From Diplonema japonicum (Eukaryota > Protista > Euglenozoa: Diplonemea), in assembly GCA_964019335.1 (NCBI GenBank), contig OZ025658.1, positions 434,001 to 498,000 of the forward strand: a stretch of DNA of 64,000 bases, given 5' to 3'. Shown here one piece after another: positions 1 to 12,904 of this stretch. Numbering within the stretch: the first letter of the stretch is position 1; every line of letters begins with the position of its first letter. Below the pieces are notes generated by a model. It made no database searches. It worked only from the letters and a program-made list of their open reading frames with translations, and was not told the origin of the DNA. The position numbers and the translations under genes are program-made.

Positions 1-631
1 GCCTGTCACTGGTATCCTGAGACATCTTATGTCTTGCCACCCCCTATTGTGATATATATTTTCTTTCGCACAAGCTCGAGATAACAATTTTTTTTTTCAC
101 TTAATTCGCACTTCTTTCTTTTTTTTTTTTTTTTGTTTTTTTTTTTTTCACAGAACCAGCGTATGCTGGTGTTTTAGGGAAGGGATGGGGGGGATGTTTC
201 ATTTTTTTTAAAAGGATTTTTTTTCTTAGTCACGGAGGCTCCTCGTCTGGAACATTAAAGGGCATTGAGAAGATCGTCAGGAACCCCCATCTTTTTTTTT
301 CCCCCCGTTGTCCTCAGTAAAGGACAGTTTCAATTCCCCTCTCCCTCCATTGGCTCTATTATATCCACATATTAGAACCTACTCATATCTCTCCCCGTGT
401 AATGGAACACAAAAAAGGAGGAGGTAAAAGTAAATACCACCTCTTATATCAAAACAATACCCCCCTTTTTTTTTTCTAACACTGTCCTTAGCTTTAAAAA
501 AAACTCCCCTCCCTGGGACACATAAAACGGGGGTGGAAATTAAAAGGGGGGGGGGATCGCCTTTTTAATGCTTCCTCCTCAAGAAGAATATTAAACCAAG
601 ACAAATAGCGCCCTGTAAAAAGTTTTTTTTT

Positions 632-2031
632 TTAATTAGTGATGATCGGCCATACCGCAGCCATTGTCAGAGGCAATACTAAAGATGCTTGAGGGGACAC
701 AGGGTACTCTACTTCTTCCTGTGGTGCGGGAAATTGTGTTGGTTTAGGAGCGGGTTCGGGGGTCTGACAGGGCTCTGTCTGTTTCACTACTTGCTTGGGT
801 TTTTCCTTCACCTCTTTTTTGGAAGGTTTTTCTTTAGGTTTCTTCTCCTTCTGCTTTTCCTTCTTCAAGGAGGCCTTCACCGGTTCTGGGGGCGGTTCCT
901 GCAGGTCGTCCTCTGTGAGCATCACGTACACATTCTCGAACTGGCACTTGAAAGGGAACTTCTCGTTAAAGTCGATCTCCTTCACAATCCCTACTTCACC
1001 CTTCTTCAGCTTCGCCCCGTCTTTCCATGTCTGAGATTTTTTTTCGTCTTTTTGTTGTTCCATGGACATACCTTATTCCCCGGGAACCTGCCACCACCAA
1101 CAAACATGACTCGGTCCTTCACCGCGTAAGCTAGCGGCGGGGGCGGCTTTTCCCTACGCCGCTCCGACGTCTGCGGCCTCACAGGCATGTCATCTGTCTT
1201 CATCACGCTCACCTTCTTGTTGGGCACAGGCGCAGGCATGGCATACGTCTCTTCAAGCGTCGGCAGCTTCGATCTCAGGTACGTCTCGTACTCCACAAGC
1301 CTGTTTGTGGGCATCGTCGCAAGCCCACACGGCGCCTCTTCCTTCAGCACGGTCAGGAGGCCGTGGATGCTCTGTAACACCTCAGAAGAATAAGGAGGAG
1401 GTGCCTTGAGAGACGCTGGCAGCGGTGGCATGGGAGGTACACCAGGAGGTACATTCTGGGAACCCGTCACCGGCGTGTAAGGTAAGGTGGAGCACGCCAA
1501 GCAACAGTCCCAATTGCACAGCGGGCACGTGTAGTAGCCCTGCGGGTTGACGTCCAGCTCCTCCGTGTCGCACCGCCTGCAGAAGACGCTGCCGCACATC
1601 ACAAGCCCGCTCTGGCGGCAGACCATCTGAGAGCCCAAGGTAGGCTGGAGAGGGTGGCCTGAAGGACACTTAGGCTTAGAAGACTGATATGGGCTCATGC
1701 CCGATAGAGTAGGGCTCCTGTTATATATTGTGGGCGGGCTCCTAGAGTAGCTGGAGGGGGGTGTCATGGCGGGTGGCATAACAGGTGTCCTAGTCTGTGG
1801 GTGTTGGAGTGGTGTGAGGGTGCAACTGCTGGGTGTTGCTGCGTTGGAAGGCGGGGTAAGATCCACAGGGTTGCCCTTTGCATCGGTGATGGTGACAGAC
1901 TTCCTGCTGCCGAGCATGTCAGCTTGCCGTTGCCATGGGGTCTTCTCGCTCTCGCTTGCCTCAGGGGGCACGAACGGTTGTGCGTTTGCGTTCAGTTTAT
2001 CTGAAGAAGCCAGTGGTGGCGATCTTGGCAT
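632..2031 (-). CDS. Hypothetical protein with PAM2-like motif, Cys-rich (ZZ-like) zinc finger and SH3/KOW-like domain; one intron (1031-1071)
   Basis: ORFs 1006-2031 and 632-1069 join in frame by removing a GTATGT...CTCAG 41-nt intron (GNK|TWKDG). Contains KLNANAQPFVP (PAM2-like) and CPSGH...CRRC...CPLCNWDCCLAC. Confidence 0.7.
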
Positions 2032-2374
2032 CTAAGCCCCTGTGGTAGGTGATGGTTAACAGCAGTGATATCAAAGATAACCAGACATAAGGATTACTGA
2101 ACTACTGATATTATGGTATGAAACCGAAATGTCATGGAAATGACATTGAAGCTTTTGGGCCATTTCTTTTCTTTTCTTTTTTCTTTTGCGAGTTGTTACT
2201 TCAAACGCATGGGGCAGGTGACACCTGTCCGTTGGCCTTCCGAAAGCTCAAACAACGATAGCATAGGCAGCACCCCCTTCTACAAAGATGGAGTGCCTCA
2301 AATTGGTTTCTTTCTGTTCTTCTTTTTTTTTAAACTTGAATTGCTTTTGTTTGTTTTTTTTTTTTTTTTATTTC

Positions 2375-3049
2375 ACTCTTCAGAAATTACTTCACGCACT
2401 GGGGGGCCCATTACTTCACGCTAAATCTCATTACTTCACGGTGAAATAATGGCCTGTTTTCCGTGAAGTAATAGGGGGTTTCCGTTAAATAATATGCCTC
2501 GGTAGGCCAATTTTTGCCTCGGTTCGGTTCCCAGTGGGGCTACTTTTTCCTCTCAGTTTGCTATTTCCCCCCAGGTTCAGCTCAATTGGCCAACTTTTGC
2601 CTCGGCTCAGTTCCAAGTTGGACTACTTTTTCCTCCCAATTTGCCCACTTTTGGCTAGGCCTTGTTCCCAGTTTCTGGGGGTAACTCTTCTGTGGGTAAG
2701 GGTAACTTAGTCAGCTTACCCAAGCTCCCCAAAAGACTTCAAAATACCGAAGCAGCAGAAAAAAAGGAGCCAGCGGCCACACCAGGTATGGGAAGGCCTG
2801 ATTAGAGATGGTGACAGTGGCAATGCCAGCAACAGCGGCAGCTCTTAGTCAACAAAAGGAGGGAAAACAACTTGTATTGTAACCTTTGTAACCCCTCTCT
2901 TGTTGTACCCCTTGTCACCCCGTTGTGCCCCTCGTGGTGAAGTAATTTCTGAGTGTCGTGAAATAAAACCACTTACCTACCACCAAGTAATGCTTTACCG
3001 ACCTCGAGGTAACGGTAAAGTCATTACTTGTTGGCAGTAAATAGCTATT
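2375..3049. mobile_element. Non-autonomous TIR element (family A, MITE-like) plus adjacent foldback; copy 1
   Basis: Inverted repeats TCAGAAATTACTTCAC (2380-2395) and GTGAAGTAATTTCTGA (2937-2952), subterminal ATTACTTCAC repeats, and a near-identical reverse-complement copy at 42030-42744. Confidence 0.8.
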
Positions 3050-3460
3050 TTTTTTTTTTTTCCCCGTACAAATCATACAAACCTAAAAAATTGAGGTTGC
3101 TTTTTAGGGTTTTAGGATCGGCCAGAAAAAAAAGAAGAAAAAAAAACTCCGAGTTTTTATTTTTTTTTTTCTAGGATTATTTTAGGATTTTGTACTCCAG
3201 GACTCAATCAAAAAAAGGTGTTGGGCGGAAAAGAGTTTATAAAAAACGAGTGGATGAGTCCTCAGATAAGGCAGTAGCAAGCCTGGCGAACCCAACAGAC
3301 ATCCATCCCTCAGTGGTGGACGTGATGATGGTGGGCTCGAGTACCAAGAACAAGATACCAACCCTAGAAAGTCCGAAAACGATCCTTAAAAAAATCCTTT
3401 AACAAAAAGAAGATTAGGTTGCAAGGTATGTTTACACGAATTCTTTTTGGAGAAAGAAGG

Positions 3461-3494
<34 letters not shown>

Positions 3495-3734
3495 AAAGAA
3501 TTTGCGTTGTCGGGAACCGTGCTGCAAAATTTTTATTTTTTTTTTTTTAGAGTGAAATTCCGTAAAGTTTCAGTGTGCATGGGGGTGCTCACTGTTCAAG
3601 TGAAATACATGTGCGCGACTGCGCACGAATCATGGAGCATGCAGACACCGGTGCGTAGCACCACCATGACTAGTGCACTTCAATGGTAATCGACTATTGA
3701 AAAAAAGAGAGAAAAAAAAGAAGAAGACTCATTC

Positions 3735-5222
3735 CTATTTCTTATCCCACACGTCCTCTCCCATCCACCCGTCGTACGGAACACCCTCTCGATGATACTT
3801 AGAGCAGAAGTACAGCTTCATTTGCGCCGCCTTCTGCGCAGGGTTGTCCTGTTGAAGTAGATTGTAGAAAGAAAAAAAAGGGGGGGGGGAAGAATAGGAG
3901 AAAAAAAATACAAATACAAAAACAAGAAAAACACACACCTCCTTTCCTGCCCCGAGTTTGTACCTGAATTTCTTCATGGCGTGCTCAAAGTTGCGGTCGC
4001 GATACAAGCGAATGCCGAGTTCGAACTCATCCTTCGTCTCCCCTTTGAAGATCCTGTCGTCGATGGGGTCTGTGCTGAAGACGTCGACCAGATCGTGAAC
4101 CTCCCTGCTGCCCTTGACGCGTACCCCGCCCAGAGATCTGTGCGCGTACTTCTCGATACGGATACGCTTCGCGCATGTAAGAGAGATGAGGATCCTGCAC
4201 CCGTAGTACTTGGTCAGCAGCTCAAAGCGCGACGCAAGGTTCACGACATTCGAGATCAACGTTGTGTCCAGCCTCCCACTGTCGCCCAGTGTCCCCACAC
4301 ACACTACCCCCGAGTGGATCCCTATGCCCATCGTTGCTTTGTGGTCCCCTGTTTCGTTGAGCACGTCTGTAGCCGCTTGGATCTCTATCGCAGTGCTCAG
4401 TGCTAACGTGGGCACTCTGTTCAGGATCATGAAGCCGTCGCCTAAGTACTTATCTATAAGCCCTTTCTTGCTGCGGACGATGGGGGTCATGATGGAGGTA
4501 AAGTTCATCAGCCACTCAAAGGTTTCGTCCGCAGTGAGCTTGCTTGCGATCGCGGTGAAGTCCCGCAGCCCGCTGAACATGACCGCCGTGTTGAGGAGCG
4601 TTCTGTCACCGTTCTTAACGTCCATCATCTTCGTGTGCCCCAGCAACACGAGCAGTTCTGTCGGCACAAACTTCGCTATACTGATCTCCCTGTTAGCGGT
4701 GTGTGTTATCTTTTTTTTGTGCATACACGTTAGCGCACTGTTGGTCCTTCATGAGACGCCTGTATTCCACATCAGTCCCGACAACAAGCAACCACGCCAG
4801 CAGACTAGTAAGAGCTACGGTTGTAAATGTTGCTAAGAGCAATGCCAAGCTTGCTTGGTTGCTGCTGTGAAGGCAAATCTGCATAATATGCTGTGTTGTC
4901 CGCTGCATACCAGTACGACAGCAGTGATGATGAAGAGCAAAACGGGGAGCAGACTGACCGCCATCTTTGTGCTCAGTGCGATATCGTGTCGCATGAACCA
5001 CGACGAGAAAAAGCCTAGAAAGACCACCTCCCGAGACCCCGTGTGGTTTTCGTGTTGCTCCATTTTCGTACGATGCTGGGTGTAGTCAGGCTGCACAGAC
5101 GCTATGGTGTCGCGGTGTGCATCACGCAAAGGAGGCCCGCGCGTCCTGAGGGGGCTGGGTGCCGGACATCGCCTGGGGCTCCAGTTCCCCAGCTGCTCGA
5201 CGTCACTCGTGACAATGTCCAT
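3735..5222 (-). CDS. Membrane-anchored class III adenylate/guanylate cyclase-like protein; introns 4879-4910, 4690-4726, 3849-3938
   Basis: Three ORF fragments join through GT-AG introns. Two hydrophobic helices precede KFVP..., IDKYLGDG, GIGIHSG, NVVNLASRFE and VKG. The first metal-binding Asp is replaced (FSGLRDFT). Confidence 0.8.
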
Positions 5223-5330
5223 CAGCCGCAGGCATCTGTCTGAAGGAGTGTAAAACAGCAGAGCAAATATAGCACTAGAAAAGGATCAGAAAATACAGCA
5301 CTGCAGATAACCCTCTGCACTCCCACGTAC

Positions 5331-5440
5331 TTCTTACGGGTTTCAGCGAAGTGTCCTAACTAGTAGAGCCGTATCAACTTTGCTGATGGCCATTGCGTCT
5401 AGTTCAAGGCGGACACTCGCATCACACGACCCAGAAGACA
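5331..5440 (-). promoter_or_regulatory. Candidate SECIS element (elongated, non-canonical apex) in the 3' UTR of the GILT gene
   Basis: Minus-strand RNA: helix I UUCUGGGU/ACCCGUAAGAA, core GUGAU/UGAA, helix II GCGAGUGUCC/GGACACUUCGC, then further stems AACUAG/CUAGUU and AUCAGC-AAA-GUUGAU. Lies about 170 nt downstream of the stop of a gene with an in-frame TGA. Confidence 0.6.
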
Positions 5441-5609
5441 ACGAAGGCAATGCAGTGGTTCTCATACAGTGCCGTAGTTCGGTCTCAAGGACTAGATCCC
5501 CCGAAGGGGCTCTGCACGCACTTTCTTTTTACACGGCACTCTATTGCTTACAACACGGACTACTAAGGCACGCACGCACGATTTTTTTTTTTTTTTTTTT
5601 TTTTTTTGT

Positions 5610-6299
5610 TTAAGCACGTGGGCAGCCTGCGGGCTTGGCGCCCGTGTACTCTTTGCACACAGTCTTGAGAAGGTCGTTTGTGTTCTGGAGGTACTTGCCG
5701 TTCACGGTGATGTAGGGAACACCAGGGTGGCCGCCGGGGATATCAGCGGTGGTCCTGGCAGCCTGGATCGTGAGTGCCTTGGCACCAGAGGATTTGGTGC
5801 AGGCAGTGATGGCAGATCCAGAGAGACCAAAGGCGGCAGCACAGGAGTTGAGGTAAAGATTATCAGCACCGTGCTGACCCTCCCAGCAGTGGACGAAGGG
5901 CATGTACTGCTTGGCACCCGTGGTGGATTGGTTCTTTGCGCAGCTCTCGGCGATGTTCCCAAAGCACTCGTGGTCGCCGTGCTGGCAAACCATGGTGCCT
6001 GCGAAACAGTCGCTGACGGGGTTCTGCCCGCACTTTGAGTCCCAGCACTGCCTCACCGTCACGTCGTAGTGCCCAGGCGATCCACCACACTCCTTCGTTG
6101 TGAAGAAGGCATTGCCCCAAGGCACGTACTCGAACTCCATCGCACTCCAGATGCCCTCCGCAGAGAGCGTCTGGTTAATAGGCCCCATGATGGCCTGCTT
6201 GCACCCGGGTCAAAGGGACTCACCGTAGAACATCACCTGCACCTTCTCCTGTGCACTCACCATGGAGAAGGCCATGGCAGCCATAATCACTGCGCGTTG

Positions 6300-6302
<3 letters not shown>
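5610..6302 (-). CDS. GILT (gamma-interferon-inducible lysosomal thiol reductase)-family selenoprotein, UxxC active site (TGA at 6210-6212)
   Basis: Signal peptide MQRAVIMAAMAFSMVSA, then VMFYGESL-TGA-PGCKQ continuing in the same frame into YVPWGNA, CQHGDHECFGN and VPYITVNG, which are GILT signatures. 693 nt = 231 codons. Confidence 0.88.
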
Positions 6303-6333
<31 letters not shown>

Positions 6334-6497
6334 TTATGCCTGGCGGTATTAAGCAGGGTTGCCAAAAGGGTACAGGTTTTTTCTTCTTCTGAACGAACAA
6401 AGAAGAACAAATCATTGACTGGCACGCACAAGGACTTTGAAGATTTCTTGGTTCTCCCCTTTACTTTTCGTTCGATGCGCATGGCAAGGCGGCTGTG

Positions 6498-8591
6498 CTA
6501 GCTGCCGTGCTGCCTGCTATATGAAACAGAAGGAACAGCAATACTTTGTGTGAAGCCGAACTTTTTGTAGTTGCTACGAAGAGAGCTGACGGGAGATCCC
6601 GCTGAAGGGGTACGGGTAGAAGGGTACTCCAGGACTACTGGTGTGGGGACAATTGTCGGGTGTGGGGGAGAGGACGACAAGGAAGTCGTACGTGAGGTGT
6701 GCAAGGTGCGGGGTGTGTGTGGAGTACGCGGTGTTCTCGGAGTGCCCTTGCTCTCTCTGCTCAAGGGCGACGCGCTATGGAGCGAGAGGTCCTCGTGCTC
6801 GTGTGCCGCCTTCGGGAGGTGGAAAGGCAGTATCTCCGTCGCCATGTCAGTATCCACCCGCAAATCCAGTACTTTCTCACTGTCAAAACACGACCTCACA
6901 CGTGGGCTCCTGCTCTGATCTCTCTTTTTTGCACTTGGCTGAGAGGGAGCCTTCCGTTCCTCATCCTTCTTCACATGCAGCGCGTATCCCGCTTCCATGT
7001 TTCTCTTCCTGGCCTCCTCCTCTCTCTTTTGTCTTGCCAGCGCCATCATGTCTCTCTTGTAAAGTTCATCAGAAGTGATGTACTCTTTGAAGATTTCGAG
7101 CATCTCTCTGTCCCTGCTGAGGATCTTCTCGGTGTTGGTGTTGAACACTCTCCTGAGTGACTCAGGTGTCTGGTGTTTTCTGCTCTTCTTGGCAAGAAGC
7201 TCCCTGACAGGGTCTTCCATGGTCTCCGTGAATCTGTACCTATGTGTCCACACCGTCTTGAGTGTGTTGTACAGAGTGTAGTGCAGCTCGTGCGTTTGGG
7301 AAAGCAGCGCGTCCACGTCGTCCTCGAGTCCGTCCCGTTCCTTCTGAAGCACGCCTTTGGCCTCGCTAAGAAGTTGTTTGTCGTTGTGCGCCATTTTTAG
7401 AGAAGTCTTCAGGCTACTCACAATAGGCGGTGGCGGGTCGGGGATCACGCACATGCATCCTTCACTCACGTTGGTTTCTATTTTAGCCGTTTCATGCTTT
7501 GTGATAAGTTCCTTTGACAGGCTCCGTTCACGTTCCATGAGCCCTTTCAACGCCTGGTTCACCTTGCGCCCCATGTCCGCCACGGACAGTTTGTGTTTCC
7601 GCTGCGTCTCTGTGATGGACTTGTATGCATCTTTCCGCGGTTGTCTCGACGAGTTAGGCTTGTCGATGAGCGTCCATAGTGTCTTTATGCACTGCTCCTG
7701 ACGGTTGGATGTCTGGAGTACCCACTCTCGTAACTCCTCCTTCAGTGTCATGAGTCCTTCTTTGAAGTAGCTCTTCTCAAGCAGTTGCTTGATGTACTTG
7801 TCGTTTGTGGTTTCCATTTTGGCGGTGGGCCCGAATTCGAGAATGAACCTCTCCTTCACCTCATCGAAGAGGGTAGCCGAGTGGTTGGTTCGCTCCCCCT
7901 GTTGTCTGTTTTCTTTCATCTGGTAGTGCCGCACGCTGTCTGTGAGAGCCGCACAGTGCGCCTCGAGGCTGTGAAGATAATCCTGCTGCTGCATGTATTG
8001 TTTTTCGAACGTTTGGAACTTTGCTTCCCTCTTTTGCTTGCTGTCTTTTAGACGGAGCTGAAGCTTGAGGCTTCGCTTCACGAGTTTTTGCACTTCTTCA
8101 GATTGCTGTTTTGAGCGCTCGCTTTGCGCTCCCTGCTGGCGCAGAAGATCGTCCTTTAGTTGCATCACGTGGCTGTTGATTACAGTGCTGATGTCGTGCC
8201 TCTCGGGGGCGTAGAAAGCTTCGTCTTCCAGCTCCGCGAGCTCTGACCTGCCCAGCATGATAGCGGCATCTTTCTCCTCCAACTGTCGCTCCAGCGTTTT
8301 GAGACGAGTTTCCAGGTTTCGGATTTTGGCATCTTTGGCGCCCAGTGCCGTGAGGTGGGTAGTGGTGTAGAGTGAAAGCTGCTTGTCGTCTGCACCGTAG
8401 CGCTGCAGGGCGTTTTTCAAGGCGTGTACCTCACGCATCCTGACCCGCAACCTGTTATTTAGTTCGGCGATCATGACTGTGGAGTCTCCTTGCCTCGAGG
8501 GGAGCACAAGGCTTCTGTCAATGTCAGCAAAGCCTTCAGCCGCATCCCAGTCCATCCCAAAGTCGCCCAGGCTGCTCAGGTGGTCATCCAT
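6498..8591 (-). CDS. Coiled-coil hypothetical protein with Ser/Pro-rich C-terminus
   Basis: 697-aa ORF with E/K/Q/L-rich heptads, co-oriented with its neighbours. Confidence 0.75.
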   Translation of the reverse strand: MDDHLSSLGDFGMDWDAAEGFADIDRSLVLPSRQGDSTVMIAELNNRLRVRMREVHALKNALQRYGADDKQLSLYTTTHLTALGAKDAKIRNLETRLKTLERQLEEKDAAIMLGRSELAELEDEAFYAPERHDISTVINSHVMQLKDDLLRQQGAQSERSKQQSEEVQKLVKRSLKLQLRLKDSKQKREAKFQTFEKQYMQQQDYLHSLEAHCAALTDSVRHYQMKENRQQGERTNHSATLFDEVKERFILEFGPTAKMETTNDKYIKQLLEKSYFKEGLMTLKEELREWVLQTSNRQEQCIKTLWTLIDKPNSSRQPRKDAYKSITETQRKHKLSVADMGRKVNQALKGLMERERSLSKELITKHETAKIETNVSEGCMCVIPDPPPPIVSSLKTSLKMAHNDKQLLSEAKGVLQKERDGLEDDVDALLSQTHELHYTLYNTLKTVWTHRYRFTETMEDPVRELLAKKSRKHQTPESLRRVFNTNTEKILSRDREMLEIFKEYITSDELYKRDMMALARQKREEEARKRNMEAGYALHVKKDEERKAPSQPSAKKRDQSRSPRVRSCFDSEKVLDLRVDTDMATEILPFHLPKAAHEHEDLSLHSASPLSRESKGTPRTPRTPHTPRTLHTSRTTSLSSSPPHPTIVPTPVVLEYPSTRTPSAGSPVSSLRSNYKKFGFTQSIAVPSVSYSRQHGS

Positions 8592-8674
8592 GTCATCTGT
8601 ATGTCGAATGGCAAAGTGGTGACAATAAAAAAACAGAAGGTTGCTCTTGGAAAAGAACTAAAGACATATGCACA

Positions 8675-10727
8675 CTAACTAGCCTTTGCCGGAGAGCCTG
8701 TCCGTCTCGGAGGCCGCTCTGTCGTGACCATTGAGTACCCTGCGGACAACCCCCCTAGGGACACGCCTGGTTTGTGTGTTTCAACAGATGAGTGGTTGGG
8801 TTTGAAGGCTCCCGGGCCTGGCGAGCTTTCAATGTTGCGGTGCTTGTCGTTAGAATCCATGCCGCGCTTCTGACCGGCAGCTTCCACCTGTGTCACCGGA
8901 CCCACACCACAACGCGAGGCAGAACCGAAGCCATATCCGGGCGAAGCTCTTTTAATTGTCCTGTCGTCAGGGTGGTAAGACCGTGAGTCGACTGTGTGTT
9001 TGGCCTTCGGCCGGCTGCCCATGGTGATGGCAGGTGCCGTGTGGTGCCTGCTCTCAATGCTGTTTGTGTAACTTGTGACCGTTCCATCAGCTTCAAACAT
9101 GCGGGTCACCGTGCCCTCAGGGAGGTACTTTGGCCCCGGACCGTACTTCCCTTTGTTCATGGAAGCATGCTCTTTGGATATGAATCTCGCTTCTGCGGGC
9201 GACGTGTACGGCTTGTCAATGCTGCCCAGCTTTCCTTTCGTGTCAGCATCGTAGTCCTCGAACTCCCTGTCCGTAGTGCCGAAGGTGAAGCCTATACTGT
9301 TGCTGCCCCCGATGGTCCCGGGGAGGGCGTACTTCGGCCCTGGGCTGTAGCACCCTAGGTTCTCCTTCGCTAGTTCTTTAGATATGAACCTCGATCGGTC
9401 GGGTGCCGGACAGATTCTCTTCATCAGCATTTTATCCCGCTTAGCCATGGAATAAGCGGGGCCCCTAGGCAGGTTTGGTGCGTCGTACACAGCAGGACCG
9501 GGCGAAGCAGTCCCCGAGAACATTCCAATACCTGCCCCGATGTACCTGTTGTTCGTGAACCGCGACTTCCACTGTGATGTCTCAGGGTCCGGATCAGCAA
9601 AGGAATACGATGGTGCTGCCACTTGCACAGCCCACATCTCGGGGCTGTAGTTTGGTCCAGGAGACTCCCTGCCCTTCGCTACCGAAAGCGAAGACGATAC
9701 GAAAAGCTTGCTTGTATCGCTCTGCACACCAAAGCTGTACGAGGGCGCTTTGGTGCGGACCTGTTCCACGTTGGGGTCGTATACTCCAGGGCCAGGGCTG
9801 TCCTTCACGAGCTTGGAAGGGCTTGGCTTTCGCACTACTTCAGCTTCGAAGTTATTCGCAGCAAAGCGGTACTGGGGGGACTTTTTGCACTTGCTCGTCA
9901 TCTCAGCACTGCATCCGTAAAGCGTATGCTTGGTAAGAGCAGGCTGGGGGCCAGGGCCGTGGGTGCCGAAACCTGAAGTTTTGGCGTGACCACTGGATAT
10001 GTATACTTTCTCGTTAAATCGTGGCTTAGAGCTATCGGAGGCACCGAAGGAGTAGGCAGGGCCGGTCTGCGTGCCTTCGCCCATTGATTGGTACGCTGCA
10101 GGGCCTACGCCGTTCTCGGCTGAAACGTTGCCCGTCTTAGCATGAGATGCTGAGAGGTATTGCTTGTTGGCAAAGCGGTCCGCCATTCCTATTTTGCACA
10201 CGGGGCTGCTCGAACGTGTCAGCTGTGAGCCAAGTGTGCTTGTTATTTCGTATTTCGGTCCTGGTGTGTTCCGCATGTTCTTATCCTTCAACCGTGGGGC
10301 CTTTGAAAAGGTAGATGACTTGGTCTTGTCGAAGCATGATGCCGCCTGGTAAATAGGACCAGGCGACGAGGAGGATCCGGCAGGGAAACCCCGCCCCACA
10401 TATCGCTCTGTGGTGTTGTGTTTGTTTTGCTTTGCTACATACTTTGCAGGCCTAGCTTCGAACCCATTGTGATGCCTTTTCTCTTCTTCTGCGGCATTTT
10501 CGTCGTGTAGTTAGGGATCCCAATGTTCCCTTGGTTGTCCGAGGCAAGACAGTCTGTGAGTGTATGTATGCAATTGCACACCGTACTATACCTTTTGCGT
10601 CTTGGGTCTTCTTCGTTGCATTGTTGTTCTGCAGAGCCTTCCCTCTACCGAGAGGTGCTACATTTTCCAGAAGCTTGTCTAGGTCCAAGGTGTTCAGATC
10701 TTTCACATTAGGTACTGCTGCTGTCAT
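8675..10727 (-). CDS. ODF3/STPG-like SHIPPO-repeat (PGP-repeat) flagellar microtubule-associated protein; introns 10554-10591 and 10408-10442
   Basis: Many PGPxxY ... PxYSFG repeats. Upstream ORF 10452-10727 joins in frame through 38-nt and 35-nt GT-AG introns (DAK|DCLAS...GLQK|RYVGRG). Confidence 0.82.
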
Positions 10728-10913
10728 CTTGATACCTACAATACGGTGCTAAGGCTGTTTAAAAAAAGGAAGGGGGCAAAAAGAAACAGAGGGGCTGGGT
10801 TGGAAGAAAAACGTGGATGGAGAAAAGGGGGGCAACAAAAAAAAGAAAGAAAAAGTGGGCATGGGAACAGGGGCGGGGGAAAGTAAAGGGGTTTACAAAA
10901 GTCTAAGCGCCAC

Positions 10914-12290
<1,377 letters not shown>

Positions 12291-12904
12291 TTAAAGAATA
12301 TGAAAATGTCTGTAGTGTCGTAAGTAGCGCGTAGTGGTTACATAGCAAAAGGAAGAAGAAAAAAGAAGAAGAAAATAATACTTCATGTTTCGTGACTTAT
12401 GGCACGAACCAAAATGCAGACAGATACCCCTCCCTTTTTTTTGGCTCGGCGTAAGCAGTTGCATAAGGTAGTTGACTCGTTTTTAGAAAAAACAGGCCTT
12501 TTGTAGGGAAAGAAGGAAATCGGTATGATGGGGAGTGGCAACACGAACCCCATAAAAAAAAAAAGAAAACAAAAGAGAGTAAGAAATATGAAATATGGAA
12601 GAGAAGGAAGCAGCTCGCAAATAAAAGAGATTTCTCGTACCATGGCATGCTGCCATGTGGACGCCCAGGTCCTTTGTGGACAGCACGCTAAGGTACAAGA
12701 CAGAAGCTACTGAGAGAAGAGATCCCTCGAAAGCAACGTAGCGGTACAACGATTTTTCGCAAACAAGAAGAAAGGAAAAAAAAAAAGAGGAAATGATCAT
12801 ACATCGGTCCTATTTTAGACAGTTTTGACGAGCATGTATGAGTGTTCAATGAAACAGAAAAAAGAGAGGGAGTAAAAAAGAGAAAAAAATAATAAAGCAA
12901 AAGT

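Noticed and set aside
3100-3190. TTTAGGG-like telomere seeds
   Set aside because: Only isolated degenerate units.
6194-6222. GTGAGT just upstream of the GILT TGA as a 5' splice site removing the stop
   Set aside because: The nearest AGs give 26- or 29-nt introns that shift the frame and delete the catalytic motif.
5582-6332. Oligo(A) tracts on both sides of the GILT CDS as a retrocopy signature
   Set aside because: Such tracts are ubiquitous here, no TSD is visible, and the SECIS candidate lies beyond the tract.
7414-7469. Possible GTGAGT intron in the coiled-coil gene
   Set aside because: Available AGs give 53 or 56 nt, which would break an otherwise open frame.
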